Positions 50,501 to 63,201 of a stretch of 64,000 nt of DNA are shown one piece after another (the stretch's first letter is position 1; the number at the start of each line of letters is the position of its first letter). The DNA comes from Phoronis australis (lineage: Eukaryota; Animalia; Phoronida). Both the position numbers and the translations under genes were made by a program. Below the pieces are notes generated by a model. That model searched no databases and had not been told where the DNA came from. It saw only the letters and a list, made by a program, of their open reading frames with translations. The DNA is taken from NCBI GenBank assembly GCA_002633005.1, contig NMRA01000135.1:247115-311114 (forward strand), in the 5' to 3' direction.

Positions 50501-52890
50501 ATACATCACAATGTTATCCACAAAAATGTTAATTTAAGTGCTTTACCTATTAAGATGTACCCCAATGCTAGCCACCAGTCCAATCGTTTCTGATGCCGTT
50601 GGCCGAGATAACCGCCTACAAACGACCCACACAATAGTCCTATACTGCGTCCCATGACGCAGCGGGATATCTCTTCATAATCGACGCGTAAAAGTTCCTT
50701 CAAATCGATCAGAGTAGGCGCTAGAATAGCGGTATAAAATCCCTGAAAAATAGTTCGTAACTTGAAGTTTCTATTTGGAAAATATATTTGAGGAGTTATT
50801 TGAACTTATTAACTGGTGACTGTTTCATTAAAAATGACGTAAGATTGAAATTTGTTCTTACGCTCCATACAACTATTTCTGAAAAATAATTAAATTTGAC
50901 TTGAGCAAACGTGAAAAGTCTCTGAAAATACAAACATAACCACTAGTTAATGAGATATTTTCGATAAATTATTTGCACACCTGTCTTTTAAGTCCTCAAG
51001 TCACTTTCATGAAACAGACCACGCCCCCTGGTGTCGGAGACCTGCTTATTGTAACTACTGCTTCTTAATTATCAAACGGAAAACGTTGAATGATGGATGT
51101 TTTGGTGTAATTTTGTCAGTTAATTGAGAATAGACGGCATTATAAAATCAAATGCTAATAACAGAGTTTTAATTCCCATTTTCCTTCTTACAGCAAGCGC
51201 ATGTTCAAGTAAATGCAGTTAAGTTAAACATTACAAGGTGATCAAAAAGCGCCCTATTTCATATTTTTATAATATATCATTTATATTATGTATTAAGTAT
51301 CCATATTTTCCATTGGTATAAACAATACGCCTGGGAGACTTTTCTGACACTAAAATGAATGACATTGGACTGTACACTAAGCAGCAGCAGATAAAAATTG
51401 CTGGAGTCTATTTTTCAAAAAAAAAAAATCGGTGCTTCTGAAACAAAAAACAATGCGAGTGATACTTGGGGAGAAACAATGTACCTAATAGAAGACAGTG
51501 GAATTTTTCAGGAGGCTGACAGTGTAGCAAATACCACTAAGGTAGACCTCTTTCAGCCAGGACTCCTTTGCAGGGCTTGAAGAATTCCTAAAGAAAATCA
51601 AATCGACTTCTCTCACAAGAATTTAGCATCCTGAGGTCATCAGTTACATGTGTACTCCAAACAGACCTTCATCAGTTTTTTTAACAAAATACAGAGGCAG
51701 ATTGGTTGCAGCAACGCAGAACAGTTAGTGTTTGTTCGGGATATCATTCAAACTATTGAAATCGACATTGGTTTGTTGTCATGTGACGAGGAACGCGTCA
51801 ACGACATTTATTACCTAACGAAAGAGTTATGACTGAAAGAGGTCGACCCCTGTTACAAGTAGTCAGAATACTGCTATGTGAAATTTGTCAAAAAAACGAT
51901 GCCTTGACTGAAATTGAAGCGGTTGGGCGCATTTTTTTAGTTAATGAGGGCTGGTTTCGAAATGATTCGGGCTTCAGACCAGAGTTAATTGCGAGTCTTA
52001 TACCAAACAGTCGTTATTGTCATGCGGATTTAGTAGCGATACTTGCACAATGTATGGTTCACAAGGTGAGATTTCACCTTTCCCGCACCTTTCAATCTGC
52101 CGTAATCTCGCCTTCTGTCGAAATAAAAAACTTTGAATTACGCTGCTTACTACTAGAAAACTTCGGCTCTACTTAATCCTTATTTAGATGATTTATGGAC
52201 TTGGAAAGAAGTGGCGGTTCATTATTGCTTGAGACGATGGTCAACATGAAGTAACCCGCCGGTACCACAGGCGTCCTCACCTTCTGATCGTCCCCAATAC
52301 ACTACATGTAATACTAGTGTAGTATTACATGTAGTGTATTGGAGACGATCAGAAGCTGAGGACGCCTGTGGTCGGTACAAATGAAGCCAACTTGTTGAGT
52401 CCGGTCCTGTTCAATAAGGAACTGTCAGACCAGAAACGACATGTGAACTGAGCAAAGAAACAGGCTGAGATTAAAATTAACGTGGAAAATGGTCCAATAT
52501 TAAAAGTGTTGTGAAGGAAGGCGGGCTTACTAATAGCACTCTTTAGGGTAGGTCGTGATCATCCGTCAGTTCCAAAGGGCGAGCAACATGATACGTTTAC
52601 ATGGGTGGTCTTTATCGCTGTCAATTTGGGTTCATTCTTTTCACAAAAGAACATTATAACATTTATTTGACTAAATTGATGAACTTGGAAACGCACAGTA
52701 TGGTAACACTCGTTATATTACATACAATACCGAAGCCTCCCGCAGTGAGCGCTGCCGTCTTCAGCACTCTGTAAACGAACCACCGACTGTCCAGACTCGG
52801 TGTATCCGTTTCCTGACTTTCCTCAGCATCCTGCACGCTCGGTTTCTTCGGAAGTAATGACTGTTTTTCACTCGCCGCTTCACTGCTCAT
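44503..52890 (-). CDS. MFS transporter, MFSD4/sodium-dependent glucose transporter (NaGLT1)-like; 4 exons, 483 aa
   Basis: GT-AG exons 52726-52890, 50547-50742, 47371-47472, 44503-45491 with matching phases (1452 nt). Motifs GFYTAILAPTLIDL, GLLCGSFVGG, IPW, LCISMW...HLAYSVGQLVAPLVASPF, PYAICG, WLDRYIEVT; about 12 hydrophobic segments; N-terminal EKQSLL. Confidence 0.88.
46633..46856. mobile_element. fold-back MITE
   Basis: caggggtaccgtagaat ... attctatggtacccctg, with internal perfect inverted repeat aaaaatcacgcatacgaac/gttcgtatgcgtgattttt. Confidence 0.75.
48215..48735 (+). mobile_element. Kolobok-like non-autonomous element, near-complete copy
   Basis: TTAAgagtcctgg ... ccatgcctctTTAg: imperfect TIR with TTAA-type flanks. 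Confidence 0.6.
49139..49920. mobile_element. Tc1/mariner-like MITE with about 100-bp TIRs
   Basis: ctgggtgttccatc...aaaacagactcccgcaccttcaaa...aacacgaaccctgacc at left and its reverse complement at right, ending gatggaacaccctg|TA. Confidence 0.8.
51340..51800 (+). mobile_element. highly degenerate LINE (L1/Tx1-like) remnant
   Basis: IKIAGVYF at about 51391 resembles the late RT/thumb .K.LGV.F motif; surrounding frames are broken. Confidence 0.25.
52264..52372. repeat. 109-bp near-perfect palindrome (53-bp arms, 3-nt loop)
   Basis: Arms 52264-52316 and 52320-52372 with two mismatches; cggt on both flanks. Confidence 0.95.
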
Positions 52891-52938
52891 GATAGTAGCT
52901 CTCAGACTGTCTGTGGACGAGTATTTGAGTTCTAAGAT

Positions 52939-52948
52939 GTGACGTCAC
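52939..52948. promoter_or_regulatory. consensus CRE (GTGACGTCAC) about 50 bp upstream of the MFS start codon
   Basis: Perfect 10-bp palindrome containing TGACGTCA; function is inferred only. Confidence 0.35.
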
Positions 52949-54189
52949 GGTGAATATAACGTTGTTGAGCACTACCCGCATACAAGCATTAAGTTTTCTG
53001 TTTTGATCCAGGTCTCCGTCATGTGACTTTTACCATCGTGAACCCTAGATAAGAATTGTCTCAAAGGGCTGTGTCTCTCGGTGAGGATAAAGCATTATAT
53101 TTATTCAGTTTATCTGCACCTAATTGATAAAATTTACTGTATAATTGCTACTTGTGAACATTTCTTTAAAATTCAAACGCTAATTACAAAATTGGGAATC
53201 TTTGTGTGCACGAACAAGAATTGTGTGTATACATTTTTATGGCTCGTAGCATAACGTTGTTCTTACGTGGACAAAAGTTCAGAGGGAGGGAGGGAGNNNN
53301 NNNNNNNNNNNNNNNNNNNNGGGGGAGGGAGGGAGGGAGGGAGCGAGATTACTTTCCATGGTCATATCAGTTCCGGACATAGAACTTATTTTACTGGAAG
53401 TATATACTAAATAGCAAATTAAACAGGTTTCCGTTATGCCTTTTCCAATTTTGTTCCAACCTCAGCCTGGTGGCGACCAAAACAGTTTGGGTACTTAAAC
53501 GTTAGTTCCCGGTATTTTGCATTGAAATGTTAAGTACTTGCAGCCATACGCAAATAATTTTTCAAATTGAATTGTTTCCCGTTTTCTGCAAATGCTTTTC
53601 TTATATATCGGAACCGTGTTAAGCCGGCTACTAGTGCCAGCCATAACGTGATATTGGTACTTTGGAACCATCGGCCGATAACAGAAAATCTATAACTTTC
53701 GTGATAAACTCTGAAAAAGTCAGATGCAGTCAAATTGGAGTTAGTTTTCCCACCATCATTTGTGTGAGTGAAATAGCTTACCGTACCTCCGTGCAGCTAG
53801 TCACCAAGCAAAGGCTGAGACCACAATGCTCAATTACTCTCTGTCACAGCGCCACCTATATGTGGTCCTGTGAAATGTAGACAGATAACCAATTTATTCG
53901 CTCTACTGTCCGATAGGTCTAAAATACGGTTGCACCAAACCAGCAATGAATAGGCATACACACAGATAATCCGGTAATTGTTGATAATCTGACAAAATCG
54001 TTCTGAGTCCATAGCAACGTTCCACAATGAGCTTATACTCGATTATCGGCCATGCCTTGAAACTTTGCTATTCGTAAGAGTCACAAAACCGGCTTTTAAG
54101 AGAAAGTAGCTATCCGACGTCAGGATGTGCACGAGTCATATTGCAGCAAAAAATAAGCACTAAATAGACGACTAGGCGACTTTTTTGAA

Positions 54190-54740
54190 AATACGGTAAC
54201 CTACTATATGCTGACGATTTAGTACTTTTCTGGTACTGAGTAAAAGACCTCCAAAGAAATTAGATAATCTCCATCAATGTATCAGAATCGTAGTTCTTGG
54301 ATTTTTTAAACAACAGTGCATGGAAATTGATCAGCAGCAATGGCTTGATCTCTTAAATAAATAGCATAAATTCGAAACGCATGGGAAAATTAAATCACAT
54401 AGTTCAAAGATTACTTCGATATGATTGATAGTAATGTAATTAGAACGCAAATGACCAGACTGAGATGATCGACATCTAATTTGTAGATTGAAAAGGTAGG
54501 CACTGCAACGTGGCAAGGTTGGAGACGTTGTGTACATTCTGTGCAAGATCAAGTATTGAAAATGAATACCCCTGACTTTTGTATAGAATGTCCTTACTAT
54601 GATGACTTGTGGAGCAGATTTCTTCCTGCAAAACTATACAACCCTCCTACTTATGATAAATTCTTGAAAATGCTGTTATTTCTAAACTGGTCATCTTGTA
54701 AGTTTATGTATCATGCATTTAAACGCAGGTCAGAAAATTG
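54190..54740 (+). mobile_element. internally deleted CR1-group (L2/Crack/Daphne-like) LINE remnant
   Basis: LLYADDLVLF at 54201 (RT YADD motif), then KGRHCNVARLETLCTFC and FCIECPYYDDLWSRFLP (C-terminal zinc motif). Confidence 0.7.
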
Positions 54741-54760
54741 ACACCGCTTCATCTGTTTGC

Positions 54761-54910
54761 CACGTGATTGTAACTGTAACAAGGGGTACCACGTGATTGT
54801 AACTGTAACAAGGGGTACCACGTGATTGTAACTGTAACAAGGGGTACCACGTGATTGTAACTGTAACAAGGGGTACCACGTGATTGTAACTGTAACAAGG
54901 GGTGCCACGT
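54761..54910. repeat. 29-bp minisatellite, 5 copies, each carrying CACGTG
   Basis: Unit cacgtgattgtaactgtaacaaggggtac at 54761, 54790, 54819, 54848, 54877. Confidence 0.97.
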
Positions 54911-55367
54911 CCACAGCTGCCTGGACTTTTTGTCTCCTTTTGTCGACTTTTTGTTTTGTTTTGTTTCTCTGAGGCCGACCACTTCGCCAAATGGGGGGGC
55001 TCCTTCGAGCCCCCCGTGGGTGTCTGCATGTATAGGGAGTACTTATCAAGTTTTAGTTGATAAATTTCAAGATTGTCGCAGTGTTGCATTAACACGTGGC
55101 AAAACGAAGATTGGCTGAAATCATTAAAAAATGGTTGAGTATCCTTTTAAAGAACGCGTTTATGACGCGCTTACTAAACATTTTTCACTGAAATCCTATG
55201 CTGACCGCTTTGAGATTCTCTAATTACTTCTGCAAGCTACGCGACAATCAGTCAAGAGACGGTTCGCTCAATGAAACTCAATTATACACACGAGAGTGCA
55301 TATAAAAGCAAGTGCATAACGAATTATTGCATGAGGATTTCAAATCGGTGGTAAAGGTGCCTGAGCT

Positions 55368-56339
55368 ATGTACAACTTCACTAACGTGTCGCCACCATGG
55401 TACGAGCAGGTTTCAATACCGGAAGTAGTATTGTATGCCCACCTGTTATTTGGCTACCACATCTGCATAGTACTGTTTTGCGGAAACGCCTTGGTCTGCT
55501 GGTCGTTTATACAACTACGCCATGAAAATATAACTATCATAATGGTTGGCTTGGCTGTCTCGAACATCATGACTAGTCTCGCTGTGCCTTTGGGAATGCT
55601 GGGAAAATTCATCGTCCCACTATTCTGGAGAAGTTTGCCAATGGAAGTGTTGATGCGCCGAGAGTTATGCTGGGTTACAGTTGCACTCATTATTTATCCT
55701 GCAACAGTGTCAAACGTGCTGGTTTCTATTTTGTCGATAGACAGATTCATTTCCATACGCTTCCCATTCCGTCATTGTGCGATCATGACGCCTCGTACCT
55801 ATAAGTGGTTAGTCGTCTTTGCCTTCCTTTATGTCTTTGTCAACAGTTTGACGCTGATATCTACGATTGATTACGACTTCGATACTGCGCGTACTTTATG
55901 TGCCTTTGAAAATATTTTTTCCTCCACTGAATCCATGTGCATATTTTGTGCTACAACGATGCATATTCCTGGAGCAGTCATTGTGACAACTCACGGTTAT
56001 ACCGCCATCAAGGCTTTCCAGCAGCGTAGACGGATTTATAGTAACACCCCAAGTGAATTGAGAGAAAGGTCACAGTTCTTAATCACAAAGAATATGTTAA
56101 AGTTTGTCGTTCTTTATTGTGTCTGCCTGCTGCCAGGTTATGCTGCCAAACTTTTGACGACGTTTAGTTCAAGCGAGAAGGTGGAACGTTGGGAAATCAC
56201 TTCACTAAAGCGCCTAGCCAATCAGTTGATGCTGTTCAACGGCCTGTTAAACCCTATATTTTATGCCCAGGCTGTCCCGAGCTACAAAACCAAATTATAC
56301 AAATTGATCCGTTCGATATTTTCTTGCGGAAAGCAGTAG
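55368..56339 (+). CDS. intronless rhodopsin-family (class A) GPCR, orphan
   Basis: 323-aa ORF with seven hydrophobic segments: GNALV (TM1), LAVSN (TM2), C...SIDRFISIRFP (TM3), CLLP (TM6), NGLLNPIFY (TM7); N-terminal sequons NFT and NVS. Confidence 0.92.
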   Translation: MYNFTNVSPPWYEQVSIPEVVLYAHLLFGYHICIVLFCGNALVCWSFIQLRHENITIIMVGLAVSNIMTSLAVPLGMLGKFIVPLFWRSLPMEVLMRRELCWVTVALIIYPATVSNVLVSILSIDRFISIRFPFRHCAIMTPRTYKWLVVFAFLYVFVNSLTLISTIDYDFDTARTLCAFENIFSSTESMCIFCATTMHIPGAVIVTTHGYTAIKAFQQRRRIYSNTPSELRERSQFLITKNMLKFVVLYCVCLLPGYAAKLLTTFSSSEKVERWEITSLKRLANQLMLFNGLLNPIFYAQAVPSYKTKLYKLIRSIFSCGKQ

Positions 56340-56586
56340 AAACGGCAAAAAGTAACAAGTCCTATAGGATGATGACCAAAAACCCAGTGAGGTAAAACGG
56401 TTACCACCTCGCTGAAGCGATTATCAGGACTCCGCTTGTGGCGGTTGTCCACTGAATATGTTGCAATCCTAAATCAAAGTCACGAAACCTATTCATATGT
56501 TCATTTTTAGTTCGTCGGTATTGCACGTAATTAATTACCAACACTACACACTTACGGTTGACTTTTCAATGTTTCACTACTTTGTA

Positions 56587-56973
56587 TAGTCTGTTCCCAA
56601 ATAAAATGGGCACAGATGTATTTTGTATTCTAGTGTTTGCCAAAATAAAATGGGCACAAATGTATTTGTATTCTAGTCTTTGTCCAAACAAAAGGGGCAC
56701 AAATTTATTTTGTATTATAGTCTTTGCCTAAATAAAATGGGCACACATTTATTTTGTATTATAGTCTTTTCCCTAAATAAAATGGGCACACATTTATTTT
56801 GTATTATAGTCTTTGCCTAAATAAAATGGGCACACATTTATTTTGTATTATAGTCTTTGCCTAAATAAAAGGGGCACACATTTATTTTGTATTATAGTCT
56901 TTTCCCTAAATAAAATGGGCACACATTTATTTTGTATTATAGTCTTTGCCCAAATAAAAAGGGCACAAATGTA
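56587..56973. repeat. 44-bp minisatellite, about 9 copies
   Basis: Unit tagtctttgcctaaataaaatgggcacacatttattttgtatta at 56587, 56631, 56674, 56718, 56762, 56807, 56851, 56895, 56940. Confidence 0.97.
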
Positions 56974-57734
56974 GGCTTCGCCAAATCATTTTTCTGTTAC
57001 AATCCTTTTGAAACAAAACAGATTAATTTCGTTGTGCGATGTCAGTTTTAATTTTCTTACTTCGACGTATTAAGTAATATCATTAACGTTTTTCCTGCAT
57101 TTTGAGAGCCTCGAATTTTAGCGTCTTGGCTTGTACACAAAAAGTTACATCGTTATTTTTTCGTTGTGTCCTATTTTGAATCCCATCGTGTTTTCTATGA
57201 AATATAAAAATTAGGGGCGCCGACTTAGTTTTTGAGATATTTCAACTAAACGACAACACATAAGAATGACTCTGCAAAACTTACCTTCTCAAAAGCGTCC
57301 CCATTTCACGAACACAATTACCCCGCTGCATTTCACTAGATGGCGATTATACTATGATGCTGGTATTGCAAAATAAGCTCTGAATAAGAATAATCTAAGA
57401 CAAGAATGTCTTATTTAACAAATTCAAAATTGATGTTTGCACACCTTCGTAACGTAAACGAGTAATTGTGGTAAGTTTTTCGCCGTGTACGTTGGTTATA
57501 TATATTTGTAAATGACATCTGGGTAGAGTCTCGCGGCGAGAAAAACTTAGCGAAAGTTATGTGCTCTCGTTTAAAGCAAGCCGCTGTATCTCGACGTAGT
57601 CTCACGAAGTCTTGCATTTCTAGAGAGGTCCTAGCGTTATTGAACTATGTCTAGTTCTTCAGGGCCACGGAATCAGTGCCAACATGAATGTAGTTGTCGT
57701 GTAGTTGGCTCACCTTTCTAAAGCACCTCAAGTC

Positions 57735-57885
57735 TCATTAATATACAAATGTTCATTAGTTACACATTCGCGCAACAGTAGCGTGCAGGAGAGCAAGTCG
57801 TCAACTTCATTAATATACAAATGTTCATTAGTTACACATTCGCGCAACAGTAGCGTGCAGGTCGTGCAAGTCGTCAACTTCATTA
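57735..57885. repeat. 72-bp tandem duplication
   Basis: cattaatatacaaatgttcattagttacacattcgcgcaacagtagcgtgcagg at 57736 and 57808. Confidence 0.9.
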
Positions 57886-60800
57886 ATTTACGTATTTGGT
57901 GCCGTAATGCATATTATTTGCCATGTCCAAACCCGAAAAAACAATTTTTCTCAAGGTATTAATTGATTGCCTATAAATGGCGGGTGACCATAAAATCAGG
58001 AGCAAATATTTTGCCAAGAGGTGGGGGGGGGNCGTCCAGGTCAGTATTTATTTCTCGACTTTCCTTTAACTTTTTGTTATTGTTAAGTTCGACAATTTAT
58101 GATAGACTCAGGGTTGAAGTTAACTCCCAAAAAGGTGATAGTGTGACATTAGCCTAGAAAGATTAATATGTTAGCAAAGACGAGAATTTTGACAATCCAA
58201 CATGCTATTTGCCCTTCCTACACAGACTAAGGCCTGAGAATTTATGGAGTTGGTTTTGAAGGTGAAGATACTTTTTCAAAGACTCGTTTGAGCGGTTTAG
58301 ACAGAGTACTGCGTCATGCGCATCGATTGCAAAATGTTTAAGAATTTTGTTATCAATTTTGATACCCTTAAGGTTATCATTCTTAAAAACACGACAGACG
58401 TGATGAAATGAATATTTATAATGTCGCCAAAGTAGATCATCCTGCCGTCAACCACGGCTTCTAGGAAAACAAGCTGGGGGGAATCTATGTTGAATAACAC
58501 TTAGACGAGCTAGCGCTGTTATTCAGCCGATGGGCTCATTGGATTAGACAATGACCGAAATTGAAAAGCGATAAAATGTTGTAATATTCCAGTACATACC
58601 ATCAAGAGCTTTTGAAAATCTACCAAAATCAACAGAGCTGTCCCTGTTGTGCCTACGATTATCAATAGTTCTGGTTGATTGTAACAAGGGCCGGAGGCCT
58701 AGTTATTGAATAAATATATGTAATAGTTCTGGTGTTTTCTTACGTTTTACTTAATTACCCAAATAGTGAGTTCATTCCGGTAGAGACCAGACTCCAAAGC
58801 TTATATTAACACCCGTTACAGAAAGACCGAGAGGTCACTAAAGATACATTCTTTATTCCACTGAGAATCCACCTAAGTGTATTAGATGCTTTTTGCCAAT
58901 TTGCCAGCAAAGAAATTGATATTTCGGTGAATATTGACCTCTGGCGATGAAATGTGGACAATCAATCACATAACTTGTCACTAGAATCTCGGGTACCCAT
59001 ATTCAACAAGGGATTTTGAAATAGACCCTTGGACAGAGTACCAGGGACCCTGGAACCGAACCCTTTCAAAATGTACTCTCTCAATGCATAACCCTAACAA
59101 AGTAAATATTCTCCAGGTGTCTATTGGAGGGTGGTAGGCCGCACTCAAATTTGTTGGCATTCAAAGTTAATAAGGCCTTCTGTTAATCACCGGTATTGTT
59201 ACACGAGTCCAAGGGCCAGAATTAATGAGCCTTAAGCCCGCTTACATTTTATTCGAAAATAGACTATGAACACCTTTAAAGCGCCAAAGAAACGGCGATC
59301 TGTCAAAGAAGCTAAAATTTGATTCAGACCACTTAAAAGTGATGGTAAAGTGTTCCTTACTTCGATGAGAAGTGATTTTTGGTCTGGCAATCGTTATTCA
59401 ACGAGACGACGCTCGCCAAATAAAATGACAAGCGAACTTGCAGAGCTTGATCTGAACCAATAACGAACAGTCAGTTCGGTGTTCCAAGTACAGATATCAC
59501 CTATTTTGACAAATGAACACTTCGAGACTCAGTTTCATAACGGTAGGTGGTCTAAATCAAACATTGTTTATAGCCACTTTAAGCAATTAGAAATTTGAAA
59601 AAAAAGCCATCAATGTGCCATTTTAATTTTAAAATATAATATCTTATCACTTTAGGTAACATATGCAACAGTCAACAAGTGAATACAAAGACATTGGAAC
59701 ATACAAGATGAGAGCAGAACATGACCAGCTGTTAAAACAGCGTACGTTTTTGGGATCACATAAGTTGTAAAAACCTAATTTCCAATCAAAAGATATTACA
59801 TTAGGAAACAGTGCACAATATTTTTTAGTTGTCAAAACGACATTACCATGAAAAGTAAATATTTTCTATGCCACAATAGAAATACATTCGAAAATCATCT
59901 TTCATCAAGTTTTAAGTGGTTTGGAAGCCTACTTAGTCAATGGAAAAGCCTTTCCAGCAACTGTCCTTATACTTTATACTACAGACAATGGGAATCTGAA
60001 TATTTATTAGGGGGGACGGGGACGGACGGGGGGGACTTAAGAAGACAGGTCATTTCTTAAAATGTGAACAAATTGAGAGCAGAAAACAGTTCCACAATAA
60101 GGGGGCATTGCTGTGATAGGCGATCCACGTGATTACCTGGGGCACATTCTGTAGGCGCAAGACACTCACGAGTAAAACCTATGATGATAACGCAAAGCAT
60201 GATGACATCTTGTAAAGACTTTTGCGTGATCTCGATTTTCTCGAAAGACACTTGCTCTTCGAATGCAGCCATACATGTGTCTACAGAATGGACCCTTGTA
60301 GCACCACCTGGTGATTGAATTTGGAGTTCCTTACTGCTTTATCCTGTTTCTCACTATACCAACAAAATTACTAGCATACAACCAACGATCTTCATCTATG
60401 AAATTTACATGAATTTGCATAAACTGCAATTTAAATCCAAAACTTGATACTAAACAAGAATAACCAGACCAATCCCACATAGGTGGTTTTGCAACAAACT
60501 ACAGTCCATTAGGATAACAGAGCATCATTGGTTCTGATATGTGGGAGTTCCTAGTGCCAAACGGGGGGGTTAGGCGGTACTCATGAGCGTGTGTGAGGCA
60601 ATGCAAAATATGCCTCAATGGACAACCCACGTCATTATAACCTTAATTTCATGCTTTTTCAAAAAAGTTCATAGATTTGCCTGACGTTGATAGGGGTGAA
60701 CCTTTTTAAAGTAGTGAATACAGGTTTCGAAATGAGTAGGGGTACAGACCAGAACCAACTATGCATTTTTGAGCTGAACTTCAAATGGAATAACTTGTGT

Positions 60801-62073
60801 AAAGCATGCAAAACAGATTACACAACAGCACAACTGATCTCACTGACATTTCATCAACTATCATTCAACTTATACATACAATGTCACATTACTTTCCCTC
60901 AATATGCAGTCCAAAAATGACAGCTAACACTGATGATCTGAAATTCAGATCTAATTAAAAGCAGTACCTTCAACAAAACATTACCTCACAACATAACCTA
61001 GAGCAGGAGGAAGACTGTGGAGTCCCCACCAACCATAGATGGCGCCACCACTCAGGCTGACTTTCATAGCTCATAGGGTGAAAGTTGTAAAATTGTTGTC
61101 CTTGTCACTTTTATAGCTGTTGTAGATTTATTAGATAAGCCTACTTTCCAACCAGTCACAAGTAATTCAACCCAAGGCAATTGTTCACCCATTTAACACA
61201 CAATGTATTGGTCAAGTGAAATGGCATTTTGTCAAATTCATCAACAGGAATAGAAACCAAGAAAATTTTAGTCTGTTGTTGCTTAGTTTGTAGTTTGCAG
61301 ATGACAGTAAAGTGTCTATAATTTGAAGCAAAGTTAACAGTCTTTGAAAACAGAAAAATGACAATTTGGCAATTATTGTTGTGCGAAATAAATGAAGAAT
61401 TATTTTAAAGGCGTAGCATCATATGTAGGTTGGTAGTGGTGCTAGCTAACTCACCCCAATGCTAGAGTGCCCCACAGTCTCCAACACAGACTGCACATTA
61501 TCATTTAACAAAACAAGCTCAACAGCATCTCAACACTTTGAAATATGTACAATAATACCAAGTCCACTTAAATGCTCCAGTTTATTCTTACCAACACCTG
61601 AAAGTGTTAAGCAAGACAATGTACAAATTGCAAAAGCAAAACAAGACTTTTTACACTCAGTATTTAACCATGACTCCATTCTCATATGGAGATATGCCCA
61701 ACAACACCTAGTATAGTGCTTGTCAAAAATAATCAGACAAAATGACCCACAATTCCCAGCATGACAGCTGAACACATGTGAAATATCCCATCATGTCACA
61801 GCCAATAGCAAGCAGAATTCACCATCAAAGTGGCTAGAACATGACTGTTACCATGGTGACTGGGAAATGATATTTGTCTGATAACTTTTGGCATGCAACC
61901 TATAGGTCACCAGTACACAAAAGAGGCATCTTTCTACCAGATACACATAAAAATTACTATTCATGTTACAGTACTCAAACTGGTCAAACACAGTCACAAA
62001 ATATGTATTTTCAGTCTTCTAATACACACATTCAATGAAGTGCACAAAACCTTGCTCCTGAAGACACAGCTTT

Positions 62074-63201
62074 TACTTTTGTTTAGAAGCTGTGGAAACA
62101 GACCGGCTGGGGGTGGACGCAGGCTGAGGGGGAGTAGTAGGGGCCATTGCAGCTGTGGTGGCGACAGATTCGGGTTCAATCCAGGGCTTGGGGGTAGGTG
62201 CAAATCCAAAGTGAAGAAACTTGCGAGCCAGGTCAGGTCCTTCCCAGAATCCTCTGAAAATAAAACAGAGAATTGACCAAGGTTTTAAAGTAGCAAAACA
62301 AATGGGAGCAACCGTTACAGCTACACACTTTCTTGCAGCTGCTTAGCACTTGGCCTTATCACTGCACTCCAAGTCACTTGTGAGAAAAGCTATTGTGTAC
62401 ACATCCTTCGCTAGTAATGCATGGTGATATCTCATTAAGCCTTGCGTGATTTGGGCCTGTTTGCAAGTTTCTCCCGTCTACAGAACACAGCTCAGCTAAC
62501 AGGAAAGATGAGACTCATCAATGTGGTGAACAATGCAAGCCAACTTACTGGATGCAGAACAAAGAAATAACTCCATTGTAGAATTGAATTTTTGACTTTT
62601 CATCTACCTGTCACTTACTGGGTCACATGACCATGTCTTTTAAGTAAAATATAACAAGAAAGGTACACTGATGCAAAACTATGGGCTCAACAACATGACT
62701 ACATTTTATCTAATATAAAATTTTCAAGATGACATCTCAAAAACACTGCTAGTTTTTTAACTTTTGTTTGAGCAGTTTTTTTTACTTTTTTATGAAAAGT
62801 CCCATTTTTCGATCGCCCCTCATACATACGTGGTACATTTTAAAAACAATTCATATTATCTAAAAATTTCATATGAACCCGATCAGCCATTTCTGATACA
62901 TGATAATCCGAAGTTGGCCAAATTTGGAATTTTAGCAGGGTCCAACACAATTTTACATCATTCCTCTTTACTGATATCATTTGGTTTGAGTGTTTTCAGG
63001 AGCACATAGACAGACTACAGGCACACTTCAGAAGAAGATGGCTAAACCTGTACATTTGAACTCATATAAGAGTATTAACCCTCTGAGGTGGAGACATTTC
63101 TGATGACTTGCGGCATCTTAATTTTTCCATAAAAATGATGCTTAGATCCATTACCTCTGTGATAGTGTAGTTTGGATATGTGATGCACACTCCAGAAATA
63201 C
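62074..63201 (-). CDS. probable last exons of an unidentified gene entering from the right edge
   Basis: Acceptor ttttcAG at 62254 followed by GC-richer sequence; one frame reads GFWEGPDLARKFLHFGFAPTPKPWIEPES...ASKQK*; small candidate exon 63155-63201 (cacAG...|GTaat); long UG-rich UTR-like tract downstream. Frame and identity are unresolved. Confidence 0.3.

Noticed and set aside
54711-55095. Repetitive ORFs, and a CRISPR-like look of the 29-bp and 44-bp arrays
   Set aside because: Head-to-tail minisatellites with no unique spacers and no cas genes, in eukaryotic context.
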